The notes under the pieces: generated by a model | The model's database searches: none | The model's input: only the letters and a program-made list of their open reading frames with translations | Told to the model about the DNA's origin: nothing | Part shown: positions 63,050 through 64,000 of the stretch, one piece after another | Position numbering within the stretch: the stretch's first letter is position 1 | How the letters are laid out: each line of letters begins with the position of its first letter | Translations under genes and position numbers: made by a program | NCBI GenBank assembly: GCA_951406725.2 | Contig: OX597814.1 | Span: 214,458,001-214,522,000 of the forward strand | Direction of reading: 5' to 3' | Source of the DNA: Octopus vulgaris | Taxonomy: Eukaryota | DNA length: 64,000 nt

Positions 63050-64000
63050 GATTATATTTCAATTTCATAGTGTAAGGTATCACTTTTGCTTTTCTTTATG
63101 AAACACAATCTACCATGAAATTTCCTTTGGAGTACTTGCAAAAAGATCTATAATTGCCCAAAGAAAGCTTGCCCTCAATACCCAGAGATAGACAACAACA
63201 ACAACAAAAAATGAGGTTTCAAATTTTTTAAAATTGTATTTATGCACATTATGTTTCCACATCCCAAATGGTTACCACACATTCTTACACAATAAGACTA
63301 AGCACTACAATTGCAAGAAAACAATAAAAAACAGAAACAAAAAAACACAAAATCAAATCAAGACACACAACTGAATGTGCACGAGGAAGGAGAATCTGAA
63401 CAGTTTAGTGAACAAATAATAGAAGAAAATGTACTAAACACTCAAATAAGTAGTTTTAAAGATTGCGGAAATAGTAACAATAACAACAACAGCAGTAGCA
63501 ATGACTGCATGGAGTTAAATGCTATGGTTTGTTCATATAGAATTTGTGTTAAAGTAAACCTTCTCTGAATACAAACTGAGCAAATGGAAATTTTAGACCT
63601 ATCACAGTTGCAAGTAAGAAAAATATTACGAATGTAGGTGGGAAGATTTCATAAACCAGAATAGCATTTCTTTGCTGCAGGAGCTTAATCCAGGAGAGAG
63701 TAAAGAGAAAGACTATATACCTCTGTTTATGGAAGGACAGAAGTGAACTAAATCTTCCCACACATCTTGAAGTACAACTGGCTCTCCAAGTTATATTGAA
63801 AGAAGTTCTCTCAATTGAAAAAGGTTAAAACGTATGGCATTATCTACTGTACCTTAAAAACTGAAAACTCAGTCAAAATACAAGCTAAAATTGTCAGACA
63901 TATCTCTGACTATATATTTATGTCCCAGTATGTGGATCAAAAAAAGACAAGAGTGAGAATAAGAGACATTAAACATGATGTACATCCGTAGCTATAGTCA

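Overview
Eukaryotic, AT-rich, microsatellite- and retroelement-dense DNA. The SINE repertoire suggests an octopus (coleoid cephalopod) genome; this is an inference. Only one host coding segment is supported: a giant minus-strand terminal exon (30701->24783, ~1,970 codons, low-complexity, gene not identified). Its 3' UTR probably lies to the left and a large intron to the right. Other content: (i) an ~8.6-kb array of a 33-bp minisatellite, with a 100-N gap, that starts exactly at the C-terminus of a dead HERO-like non-LTR retrotransposon; (ii) several tRNA-derived SINE families, piggyBac- and mariner-type MITEs, and remnants of R4/Dong, RTE, CR1, Tc1/mariner and Penelope-like elements. Two patterns stand out. 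First, at least seven sequence-unrelated 130-540-bp fold-back elements carry hammerhead-ribozyme-like cores or parts of them, always in the same head-to-head polarity; two sit in the presumed 3' UTR of the gene. Second, Helitron-like elements, which normally make no target duplication, are flanked by 88-95-bp direct duplications. All calls were made by eye, without searches or folding software.
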